Positions 56,272 through 64,000 of a stretch of 64,000 bases of DNA are shown here, piece by piece. The notes under the pieces were generated by a model. The model was not told the origin of the DNA and did not search any database. It saw nothing but the letters and a program-made list of their open reading frames with translations. A program made the translations under genes and the position numbers. The stretch comes from an uncultured Chloroflexia bacterium (GTDB lineage: Bacteria; Chloroflexota; Limnocylindria; Limnocylindrales; CSP1-4): assembly GCA_963835845.1 (NCBI GenBank), contig CAWIGT010000009.1, positions 324,949 through 388,948 of the forward strand. Reading direction: 5' to 3'. Numbering within the stretch: the stretch's first letter is position 1; the number at the start of each line of letters is the position of its first letter.

Positions 56272-56598
56272 CTACCAGCGGTAGCCACGCCCTCGAGCTT
56301 TCTGGCCGAGCGATCCCGCCGGCAGATGCGCCTCGAAGCACGTGACGCCCCTGGCCCCCACCGTGGCATCGTGCTCGACGTTCGCCGGCAGGTCGAGCCG
56401 CTCTCCGGGGGTCAGAACGAAGCCGACGCCGTAGCCGGTGAGTCCGAAGGTGATCGAGCCCTCGACGGCGACCACGACCTTGTCGTAGTCGTGGACGTGG
56501 CGGTCGTAGCGGTCGCCCGGCTGATTCGACCACGTCGAGGGCCGTAGACCCTCGGCCGACAACCTCGCCTCGAGGCTGGCTCGATCGACCGGGCTCAT
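56272..56598 (-). CDS. Cupin-domain protein
   Basis: 108 aa. H.H..D motif (RHVHDYDK) and P..VEH. Confidence 0.65.
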   Translation of the reverse strand: MSPVDRASLEARLSAEGLRPSTWSNQPGDRYDRHVHDYDKVVVAVEGSITFGLTGYGVGFVLTPGERLDLPANVEHDATVGARGVTCFEAHLPAGSLGQKARGRGYRW

Positions 56599-56933
56599 TT
56601 CTCGTCCGCTCGCTCGCTCGTAGCGTCGTCCTTGACGCGGTAGGAGTCATCCCGTGGCGGCGTCTGGCTCCGCCGATGCTTCCCCGGTCCGGGCATCGAA
56701 GCCTGTACCCGAGCAAGGATGATCCTGTCCGAGACCGGAGGGAGATCCAGGGCCGCCTCGCGCCAGGCCGCGTCCGCGGCGTCGTCGTGAGCATCGCTTC
56801 GGGTGGCCACGACCGCGAAGATGGCGATGCCGACGCCCACTCCCACCACGACCCCGATCTCGCGAGGGGCGTGCAGGGTGGGGCCGAGCACCATGAAGAG
56901 CGCCAGCGGGACTCCCACGAGAATGGCCGCCAT
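56595..56933 (-). CDS. Small membrane protein, unknown function
   Basis: Two TM helices. ATGA overlap with the downstream cupin gene. The remainder of the 275-aa track ORF is antisense shadow. Confidence 0.4.
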   Translation of the reverse strand: MAAILVGVPLALFMVLGPTLHAPREIGVVVGVGVGIAIFAVVATRSDAHDDAADAAWREAALDLPPVSDRIILARVQASMPGPGKHRRSQTPPRDDSYRVKDDATSERADEK

Positions 56934-57150
56934 GACGCCCCGAACCTTCTGCAAGCTCTCTCCTTCCCGGGTCCGGCCGACGACGCCGAACTTGTGCGCC
57001 ACCTCCGGCAACGCCGCGATAGGTGCCCGCGCAAGCGAAGCCATCGTACCGCTACACTCGGGAGGCGCGTGCTGCCGGCGGTCGGCCGATGGTTTGGGCC
57101 GGCTCGGCGAGCGTACCCCGACCGGCACCCCCCGGAATAAGCCAGGACCG

Positions 57151-58179
57151 ATGAAGCCCCTCCGACATCTCTCCGCCGCGGAGGTCGCGGCCGCGATGCC
57201 CCCGCTCGCCGAACGGCTGGCACTGGCCGAGCGGACTATGAAGGCGCTGGGCCGCGAGGCCGAACTGCCGGCCAAGATCGGCGTCCATCCCCGCCAGAGC
57301 GGATCCCTCGCCCACGCCATGCCGGCCTTGCTCCGCGGCGAGGCCGTCGACGGTGCCGCCGACCTGATAGGCGCCAAGTGGATCACCGGCTTCCCGGCCA
57401 ACCCTGCGATCGGTCTGCCCACTTACCACGCCCTGGTACTCCTGAACGACCCGCGGACCGGCGAGCCGCTCGCGGTGATTGATGCGGCTGCGATCACAGC
57501 CCAGCGAACGGCCGCAATCAGCGGCGCGGCGATCCGCTACTTCCTTCCGAGCGGTGCGCGGCCCGACCGACGTCCGGCTCGAGTCGCGCTCCTGGGAGCC
57601 GGGGCGCAGGCGCGCAGCCACCTGGCCGTCGTCGGCCACGTGCTGCCGCGCGCGGAGGTCCGCGTCACGGACGTCGACGCCGCGCGGGCATCGGGGCTGG
57701 CAGGCGACGCTTCAACGGCACAGGGCATCGGCTCGATCACGGCGGTAGCCGACGTTCGAGCCGCGGTCGACTCGGCCGACGTCGTCATCTCGGTCGTCTC
57801 GTTCGGGCCTGACCGCCAGGCTCTCGATCCGGCCTGGCTCGATCCCGAAGTCGTGTTCGTGGCCGTGGACTACGACATGCAGGCCCCGGCGGCGCTGGCC
57901 GGCGAGGCGTACTTCGTGGTCGACGACCGCGACCAGTTCCTGGCCGCTCGCTCCGGGCCGGTCTTCGCTCACTATCCGGACCCCGACGCAACGCTGGGCG
58001 AGCTGTTCCGGGGCGACGCCACCGTCCGGCCAGGCTACGACGGCGACGACGGCGACGAAGGCCGGAAGGGTCGCGTCCTGGTCTCGCATCTTGGCGTCGG
58101 CCTGGCAGACGTCCTCTTCGCCTCGGCGATCCTGGCGCGGGCGGAAAAACTCGGCCTGGGACGGCTCCTGCCGCGCTGA
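57151..58179 (+). CDS. Ornithine cyclodeaminase/mu-crystallin family protein
   Basis: ITAQRTAA, Rossmann motif LLGAGAQA, C-terminal HLGVGLADV. Confidence 0.8.
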   Translation: MKPLRHLSAAEVAAAMPPLAERLALAERTMKALGREAELPAKIGVHPRQSGSLAHAMPALLRGEAVDGAADLIGAKWITGFPANPAIGLPTYHALVLLNDPRTGEPLAVIDAAAITAQRTAAISGAAIRYFLPSGARPDRRPARVALLGAGAQARSHLAVVGHVLPRAEVRVTDVDAARASGLAGDASTAQGIGSITAVADVRAAVDSADVVISVVSFGPDRQALDPAWLDPEVVFVAVDYDMQAPAALAGEAYFVVDDRDQFLAARSGPVFAHYPDPDATLGELFRGDATVRPGYDGDDGDEGRKGRVLVSHLGVGLADVLFASAILARAEKLGLGRLLPR

Positions 58180-58260
58180 CGCTGCCAGTTCTGGGGGGCC
58201 GCGACTGAACGTTCCGGGGACCCGGCGTGTCATAGACACAGACCGCGACGGCGGTGCGTC

Positions 58261-58890
58261 ATGGAGGCAGCCGGAATGAGGGAGGTCGAGTTGCCGAGGC
58301 CGAGGGGATTTCCCGGAAGCGGGCCGGCGCCACAATCGTACGACGCCGGATACGACGCCCGGTACGACTTCGAGTCGGACGCGTGGCGTCACGCCCGTAT
58401 CCAGGCGTTCACGGTCCTGGACGATGCCCGTCTACTCCGAAGCTACAGGCTCGCGACGCTGATACTCCGAGATCGCTGCGAGGCCGAAGACGCGACACAG
58501 GAGGCAATCGAGCGGGCCTGGTCGGGCTGGCATACCCTGCGCGATGTCGACCGCTTCGACGCCTGGTTCGATCGCATCCTCGTCAACGTTTGTCGAAATC
58601 GGCTGCGGCACGGCAGGGTGATACGACTCGTTCCCCTGGACGACGCCCTCGGGCATGCGGCCGCCGACGACAGTTCGGCGACCATCGCCCGTCTCTTGAT
58701 CGGGCCGGCCTTCGCCCGTCTGGGCCCGGATCAGCGGATCGTCGTCGTCCTGCGCTACTGGCTGGATCTCTCGACCGACGAGATAGCCGAACGGCTCGCG
58801 GTCCCGCCGGGCACGGTCAGGTCGCGCCTCCACTACGCCCTTGCCGCGCTGCGGGGCGCGATCGAAGCGTCCGAGGAGGCGGCCCGATGA
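58261..58890 (+). CDS. ECF-type RNA polymerase sigma factor
   Basis: Region 2: AEDATQEAIERAW, FDAWFDRILVNVCRN. Region 4: LSTDEIAERLAVPPGTVRSRLHYA. Confidence 0.85.
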   Translation: MEAAGMREVELPRPRGFPGSGPAPQSYDAGYDARYDFESDAWRHARIQAFTVLDDARLLRSYRLATLILRDRCEAEDATQEAIERAWSGWHTLRDVDRFDAWFDRILVNVCRNRLRHGRVIRLVPLDDALGHAAADDSSATIARLLIGPAFARLGPDQRIVVVLRYWLDLSTDEIAERLAVPPGTVRSRLHYALAALRGAIEASEEAAR

Positions 58891-60383
58891 CCGGTCGACG
58901 GTTGGACCCCGAAGAGGAGATTCGCGCCTGGCTGGCCCATTCCACGCCGGACCGCGCCCCGGCCTCCCTCCGCGAAACCCTGGAGGAGACCACTTCTCGA
59001 CCGCCCGGCCGGGCAATGCCCTGGCCACGTTCCGCTCGAATCTCGATCCGGACGGCCGGCCGAATCGCGGCTGCGGCGGCGGTTCTGGCAATCGTCGCTT
59101 ACGGCTCGTACTGGTACGGGACCACGCGAAGCTCGGTGCCGGCGGCGTCCGGCGCGAGCACACCGTCCCCAACGACCGCGACGATGACCGGCCCCTCGCC
59201 GACGACGACCGCCCTGCCGCTCAACCCGCTGGTCGAGCAGTTGCAGGACCCGAACTGGCACCTGGTCGGCGGCGCTCTCCCCTCGGCCCCGACCCTCTTC
59301 GGAGCCGGCGAGAAGACCGTCTTTGCCTTCGACGCCGGCGGCTTCATCGCCTTCGTTCCATGGGCCGGAGCCGGAGCTATGCGCCAATCCACCAGACAGG
59401 CCCTGGGGGCCCCGAGCACGGCCGGCCCCACGGCACCGGCGTCCTGGATGACCCGGGTGTTCTGTTCGGGCGACGGGATCAGCTGGACCGAGGCTTATCC
59501 CCTCCCGAGCGATGCCGCGACGGTCACTTCGGTGTCCGGTCAGGGTGGCCGGATCGTGGCCGTCGGGTGGGTTGGAGAGGCCTCCAATGCCACCGCGATG
59601 GCCTGGACGACGCGCAATCTGTCGACGGAGCCGTGGCGCGCATACCCGTTGCCCGCCGCGGCCGACTACTCGGGGGCGTTCCATGTGGCCGCGGGGCCAT
59701 CCGGGTTCCTGGTCACCGGCTACGACGGGAGCGCCAGCCGGTTCTGGCTGTCTCAGGACGGGACCGCCTGGACCGCGCCCGCCATCACCGGACTGCCTGC
59801 GGATCCGCCGATCGATCTTCTGTCCGGCTTCACAGGCGGCTGGCTGATCGAGGGCTTCCCGGATCGGGCCGCGGTCTGGGTTTCGAGCGACGGCGCCGAC
59901 TGGACTCAGACGTATTCGGGCCCGTTGAGCTCATTCGGGGGCGAGGGCCATACCCTTGGGCCAATCTTCAAAGCGGCGAGTGGTGGCTTCCTCTCGATCG
60001 GTGGCGTCGGCATCGTCTCCGGCGGCCCATCACCGACGCCGTGGGACATCCAGCTCTGGACGAGCGACGACGAGATGACCTGGACCATGGGCCGGCGTGT
60101 CGCCACGCCCGGCTGGATCTCAGGCTATGCATCCATTCCGGGCGGGTTCGTTGCCGCGGGCGCCCAGCCGGCGCCGGGAGACGCAGGCGTCGTATCGTCG
60201 GGATCGCTCGGTGCCTGGACCTCGCCGGACGGACTGACGTGGCAAGCCATCGCCGGCCTGCCGCCGGACCTGGCCGTCGAGGTACTCTCGGTAGCCGGCG
60301 ACGGAGCCACGGTGGTGATCACGTTCGTCGACGCCAGCGGCGACATCCAGCTGCTGGTCGGCGAGGGCCTGGCTTCGCGCTAG
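58887..60383 (+). CDS. Putative anti-sigma factor: short cytoplasmic N-terminus, one TM helix, Pro/Thr linker, extracytoplasmic Asp-box (BNR-like) repeat domain
   Basis: ATGA overlap with the sigma gene. TM helix IAAAAAVLAIVAYGSYWY. Five S-x-D-G-x-x-W repeats: SGDGISW, SQDGTAW, SSDGADW, SDDEMTW, SPDGLTW. Confidence 0.7.
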   Translation: MTGRRLDPEEEIRAWLAHSTPDRAPASLRETLEETTSRPPGRAMPWPRSARISIRTAGRIAAAAAVLAIVAYGSYWYGTTRSSVPAASGASTPSPTTATMTGPSPTTTALPLNPLVEQLQDPNWHLVGGALPSAPTLFGAGEKTVFAFDAGGFIAFVPWAGAGAMRQSTRQALGAPSTAGPTAPASWMTRVFCSGDGISWTEAYPLPSDAATVTSVSGQGGRIVAVGWVGEASNATAMAWTTRNLSTEPWRAYPLPAAADYSGAFHVAAGPSGFLVTGYDGSASRFWLSQDGTAWTAPAITGLPADPPIDLLSGFTGGWLIEGFPDRAAVWVSSDGADWTQTYSGPLSSFGGEGHTLGPIFKAASGGFLSIGGVGIVSGGPSPTPWDIQLWTSDDEMTWTMGRRVATPGWISGYASIPGGFVAAGAQPAPGDAGVVSSGSLGAWTSPDGLTWQAIAGLPPDLAVEVLSVAGDGATVVITFVDASGDIQLLVGEGLASR

Positions 60384-60736
60384 CGGTTGACCTCGAGCGG
60401 GCCGGGAGGGACCTCGATCAATACCCGGTCGCCTTCGAGGACCACGGGGTAGACGACGAGCGGCAACTCGGCCGGCGGATCCAGGGCCTCGCCGGTCGAG
60501 AGATCGAAGCGCGAGAAGTGCAGCGCGCAAGTAATCGAGTCGCCGGTCAGGAAGCCCTTGTCCAACTCGAAGTACTGGTGGCTGCAGACGCCTTGAGTGG
60601 CGTGGAACTCGCCGTCAAGATTGACGACGAGGACCAGCTCGTCCTCGACCTCGCAGAGCTTCATCGTGCCCGGCGGGACGTCGGCCGCGGCGCACAGGTC
60701 TATTCGGCAAGGATCGGCGGCGCCCCCCATCGTCAC
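60380..60736 (-). CDS. Rieske [2Fe-2S] domain protein associated with the suf operon
   Basis: The CSHQ..(17)..CALH ligand pattern, immediately downstream of sufD. Confidence 0.8.
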   Translation of the reverse strand: MTMGGAADPCRIDLCAAADVPPGTMKLCEVEDELVLVVNLDGEFHATQGVCSHQYFELDKGFLTGDSITCALHFSRFDLSTGEALDPPAELPLVVYPVVLEGDRVLIEVPPGPLEVNR

Positions 60737-60740
60737 GCGG

Positions 60741-62192
60741 TCAGGCCACAGCGGTCGTAACCGGCCGGGCTCCGGTGCGAGCGTCCCACTTCGCCTCGAG
60801 CAGATGCCCCAGCCGGAGCCGGGCCGACTCGAGCGGCACGCGAGCCACGACCGGCTCCAAGTAACCCAGGACGATCGCCTTCTGAGCCGCTTCCGCGTCC
60901 AATCCTCGGCTCTCGAGATAGAAGAGCTGCGTTTCGTCGATCGGGCCGACGGAAGAGGCGTGAGCGACGCGCCGGCAGTCCGGCTGGTCGATCTCGAGGC
61001 TCGGGATGGCGACCGAGCGGGCCTGCTTGGACAGCAGCATGGCGAATTCGCCGAGGAAGCTGTCGGTGCCGCGGGCCGACCTGTCGATGGTGGCCAGACC
61101 CTTCATGTAGGCGCGCGAGCGATCCGACAGCGCTCCCTTGGAGAGCAGGTTTCCGGTCGTGTCGCGCCCGACGTGGCGGGTATATGAAGTCAGATCGAAG
61201 AGCTGGTCGGCCGAGCCGAAGATGATCTCAGCCTGCTCGACGGCAGAGCCGTCGCCTTCCAGGCGGTTGTCGATCCGACTGCGGACGACTCGACTGCCGA
61301 GCTGGGCCAGTGCCCAGCGGACGGTCGCGCCGCGACCGAGCACCGCCGACCGGTGCTGGAAGGCTATCTGGCGGAGCGAGAAATCCTGAAGTCCGGCAAA
61401 CGAGAGAGTCGAGCCCGCGCCGAGCTGGACTTCCGTCGTGCCGGCGAAGAACGCCTGCTCGTCGGTCTCGGCGTCGTCGCCCGAAAGCTGCTCCTCGAGG
61501 ACCGAAACCTCTGCGTCTTCTCCGACGGAGATGACGGTTCGGGTCAGCATCGCGATGTTCGGCGCCCCGACGACCCAGCGCAGCACGATCGGTCGCTCGA
61601 GACGTACGCCGTCGGGGATATGGACAAGCAGGCCGTCCGACCAGAGCGCCCTCGTCATCTGGGCGAGTTTGTCGTTCTCCGGCAGCGCGCAGCCGCCCTC
61701 CAGCAGGCGGCGCATGAGTTCCGGGTCACGGGCACGCAGGCCGGCAAGCGTCTCGAGCACGACCCCCGCCGAGCGCGCCTCCGGCGACAGGGCCAGGGCC
61801 GCCACGCGGTTCTCGCGGAACTCGGCAAATCCGGCCGCTCCGTCGGGAAGCGACTCGACCGAGTCCGCGCCCGGATCGACGGACGCCTCGCTCGAATATG
61901 GCCTGGTCGCAGCCAGGTGCGCGTTTCGCAGGTCGACGTATGTTGTGTATAGCTGGTTCGTCTCGATCGGCAGCGCCTCGAACCCACGCAACCCTTCGAG
62001 CCGATCGGCCAGCAGCCAATCTGGATCGCCGGCCCCGGAGGATACGGCGCGAACCGTCGCGTCGTCCACGAAGCCGAGGGTGAGATCGGATGGGCCCTGG
62101 CGGGCAGCGACTCTGGTAGGGGTGGCGGGAGCGGCTGTGGCGGCGGGAGCGGCGGCCGCTCCGGTGACGTGGGCCTCCGGAGCGGAACTCAT
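60741..62192 (-). CDS. sufD: Fe-S cluster assembly protein SufD
   Basis: ATGA overlap with sufB. C-terminal SufBD beta-helix region: [27 protein letters not shown]. Confidence 0.85.
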   Translation of the reverse strand: MSSAPEAHVTGAAAAPAATAAPATPTRVAARQGPSDLTLGFVDDATVRAVSSGAGDPDWLLADRLEGLRGFEALPIETNQLYTTYVDLRNAHLAATRPYSSEASVDPGADSVESLPDGAAGFAEFRENRVAALALSPEARSAGVVLETLAGLRARDPELMRRLLEGGCALPENDKLAQMTRALWSDGLLVHIPDGVRLERPIVLRWVVGAPNIAMLTRTVISVGEDAEVSVLEEQLSGDDAETDEQAFFAGTTEVQLGAGSTLSFAGLQDFSLRQIAFQHRSAVLGRGATVRWALAQLGSRVVRSRIDNRLEGDGSAVEQAEIIFGSADQLFDLTSYTRHVGRDTTGNLLSKGALSDRSRAYMKGLATIDRSARGTDSFLGEFAMLLSKQARSVAIPSLEIDQPDCRRVAHASSVGPIDETQLFYLESRGLDAEAAQKAIVLGYLEPVVARVPLESARLRLGHLLEAKWDARTGARPVTTAVA

Positions 62193-63589
62193 CCGAGCGA
62201 ACCCTCCATCTCGAGCTTCACCAGGCGGTTGAACTCGATCGCGTATTCCATCGGGAGCTCCTTGGTGAAGACCTCCAGGAAACCCTGGACCACCAGGTTG
62301 GTGGCTTCGTTCTCCGTCAGGCCCCGGCTCATCAGGTAGAAGACCTGATCCTGGCTGATCTTCCCGACGGTGGCCTCGTGGGTCATCGTGGTGTCGTCTT
62401 CCTGGATGTCTATGTACGGGTAGGTATCCGAGCGGCTGCCCTCGTCCAGCAGCAGCGCGTCGCAGCGAACGCTGGCCACGACGCCGGTCGCGCCCGGCAC
62501 CACCTTCAGGTTGCCCCGGTACGTGGTGCGCCCGCCGTCCTTCGAGATGGACTTGCTGATGATGCGGCTGCGTGTGTTGGGGGCGAGATGGATTGCCTTG
62601 GCGCCGGTGTCCTGGTGCTGACCCTTGCCCGCCACGGCCACCGAGATGACTTCGGCCGTTGCGCCTTCGCCGCGCAGGTAGATGCTCGGGTACTTCATCG
62701 TCAGGCGCGAGCCGGTGTTGGCGTCGATCCACTCGACGGTGGAGTGGGCGTGGGCGTGGGCTCGCTTGGTCACGAGGTTGTAGACGTCGTTCGACCAGTT
62801 CTGGATCGTGGTGTAGCGAACCTTGGAATTCGGCAGCGCGATGACCTCGACCACGGCGGCATGAAGCGCATCCGTGGTGTAGATGGGCGCCGTGCAACCC
62901 TCGATGTAGTGGACCTTGGCGCCTTCGTCCACGATGATGAGCGTCCGTTCAAACTGGCCGGTGTTCTCGGCGTTGATGCGGAAGTACGCCTGGAGCGGCA
63001 GCGGAACCTCGACGCCCTTGGGCACGTAGACGAACGACCCGCCGGACCAGACGGCGCTGTTGAGCGCCGCGAACTTGTTGTCCTCGGGCGGGACGACCGT
63101 GGCGAAGTACTTCTTGAAGAGCTCCGGATACTCCTTGAGGCCCTGGTCCGTGCCCATGAAGACCACGCCGATCTTCGACAGCTCCTCGCGGACGCTGTGA
63201 TAGACCACTTCCGAGTCGTACTGAGCGCCGACGCCGGCCAGGAACTTGCGCTCGGCCTCGGGAATGCCAAGGCGCTCGAACGTCTTCTTGATCTTGTCCG
63301 GAACGTCGTCCCAGGATTTCTCCTCGCCCTCGGACGGCTTGCGGTAGTAGACGATCTTGCTCAGGTCGATCTGCATCAGGTCGCCGCCCCACATCGGCAT
63401 CGGCCGGGCGAGGAAGTGCTCGTAGGCGCGGAGACGGAAGTCGAGCATCCACTTGGGCTCGCCTTTGAAGCGGCTGATCTCCTCGACAGTCTCGCGGGTC
63501 AAGCCGGCTTTGGTCTCCTCGAGGTAGTCCACCTCGTCGTGGAAACCGAACTTGTACTCGCTGGAGACGATCTCTGGGCTGGTCGCCAT
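62189..63589 (-). CDS. sufB: Fe-S cluster assembly protein SufB
   Basis: [45 protein letters not shown]. Confidence 0.95.
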   Translation of the reverse strand: MATSPEIVSSEYKFGFHDEVDYLEETKAGLTRETVEEISRFKGEPKWMLDFRLRAYEHFLARPMPMWGGDLMQIDLSKIVYYRKPSEGEEKSWDDVPDKIKKTFERLGIPEAERKFLAGVGAQYDSEVVYHSVREELSKIGVVFMGTDQGLKEYPELFKKYFATVVPPEDNKFAALNSAVWSGGSFVYVPKGVEVPLPLQAYFRINAENTGQFERTLIIVDEGAKVHYIEGCTAPIYTTDALHAAVVEVIALPNSKVRYTTIQNWSNDVYNLVTKRAHAHAHSTVEWIDANTGSRLTMKYPSIYLRGEGATAEVISVAVAGKGQHQDTGAKAIHLAPNTRSRIISKSISKDGGRTTYRGNLKVVPGATGVVASVRCDALLLDEGSRSDTYPYIDIQEDDTTMTHEATVGKISQDQVFYLMSRGLTENEATNLVVQGFLEVFTKELPMEYAIEFNRLVKLEMEGSLG

Positions 63590-63660
63590 GATTCTTCTCG
63601 GTTAACGAGGCGGCGGTCCGAGCGGAGGGGGGACGCCGGACCGCCACCGAAGGGTTGTTC

Positions 63661-63687
63661 TAATTCCGACTCGTATTATCGGGATTA
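63661..63687. promoter_or_regulatory. Imperfect palindrome TAATTCCGA-n9-TCGGGATTA with an AT-rich centre (TATTAT), 72-98 nt upstream of sufB; candidate operator overlapping a -10-like box
   Basis: Read directly; 8 of 9 arm positions are complementary. It is the only AT-rich patch in this intergenic region. Confidence 0.35.
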
Positions 63688-64000
63688 CTGCCTGCGCCGT
63701 CAAACCAACTCTATCCCGGCGCGTCCACCCCGGCTTGCCGGCTCGAAGTCGACCCGGTCGACCGTCGGTGTCGTCCGCCGACCAGGGCCGGGCCGCTCTC
63801 GACGGCAGGCCAACCGGGTGCAGCTCGTAGGCTATTCCGATTAACCGGTTGTTCGCCGGGCCCCGCAACCATGCTATTCTGCCGACCTCCGGTGGTCGGG
63901 CGGCTGCGCCGGCGCAGCGCCGCCTCAACCCTTGAATTCCGGACACGTGCGGGTTCCGCCGTCGAAGTCCTGGCATCTACCAGGAGACGCAGGCGCCAGG

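Noticed and set aside
62193-62897. N-terminal 235 codons of the 718-aa ORF containing SufD
   Set aside because: It overlaps sufB in a different frame. SufD starts at the ATG at 62192, which overlaps the sufB stop codon (ATGA).
63605-63650. 9-bp stem GGCGGTCCG...CGGACCGCC just upstream of the sufB start codon, considered as a terminator or riboswitch
   Set aside because: There is no T-tract and I recognise no riboswitch consensus. It may simply be 5'-UTR structure. I note that its loop contains CCUCC on the mRNA strand, but do not pursue this.

Overview
This is a very GC-rich chromosomal window, with an actinobacterium- or Chloroflexi-like style: strong GC3 bias, many Arg-rich antisense shadow ORFs, and GGAGG-type ribosome-binding sites. 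I support about 62 protein genes. I found no rRNA, tRNA, CRISPR array or recognisable mobile element.

Gene content, left to right:
- An ABC exporter fragment and a polytopic membrane protein.
- Two tandem ammonium transporters, then argH.
- An MFS transporter divergent from ppk2.
- A DNA-ligase-like protein whose catalytic lysines are replaced by arginine.
- An ABC-2 exporter pair and a P2-type cation ATPase, then DUF971 and YbjQ.
- ppk1, a CYTH-CHAD protein, two small unknown ORFs, sixA and a basic low-complexity protein.
- A SenX3-like histidine kinase, a DUF47/PhoU-like protein, and an OmpR-type regulator with a pseudo-receiver domain.
- pstSCAB-phoU, a CBS-GGDEF protein, and phnW-phnX.
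- One minus-strand gene string: ABC importer (Tat-signal binding protein, two permeases, ATPase), PHP phosphoesterase, tatC, tatA.
- pit and a RegX3/PhoP-like response regulator.
- Housekeeping genes: gltX, asparaginase II, an Lgt-like paralogue, mdh, pckG, an ACT protein, lgt, ubiE/menG, lrp, cupin, an ornithine-cyclodeaminase-family protein.
- An ECF sigma factor with an Asp-box anti-sigma protein.
- sufB, sufD and a Rieske protein.

The dominant theme is a roughly 36 kb concentration of phosphate, polyphosphate and phosphonate genes (8.5-44.8 kb).

Most notable sequence-level observations:
1. Three copies of a 65-bp element built from six 11-bp-phased GTnnC repeats. Copies sit upstream of each amt gene and of a 27-codon ORF.
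2. 11-bp-phased repeats of TT(A/C)ACA/GTTAAC type in front of the phosphate units.
3. Five single-nucleotide frame disruptions. Three hit consecutive genes at 22.0-23.6 kb and two hit the ABC importer operon.
4. Several enzyme or regulator homologues with catalytic residues replaced.

All functional calls come from reading the translated ORFs and recognising motifs by eye. No database search was run.
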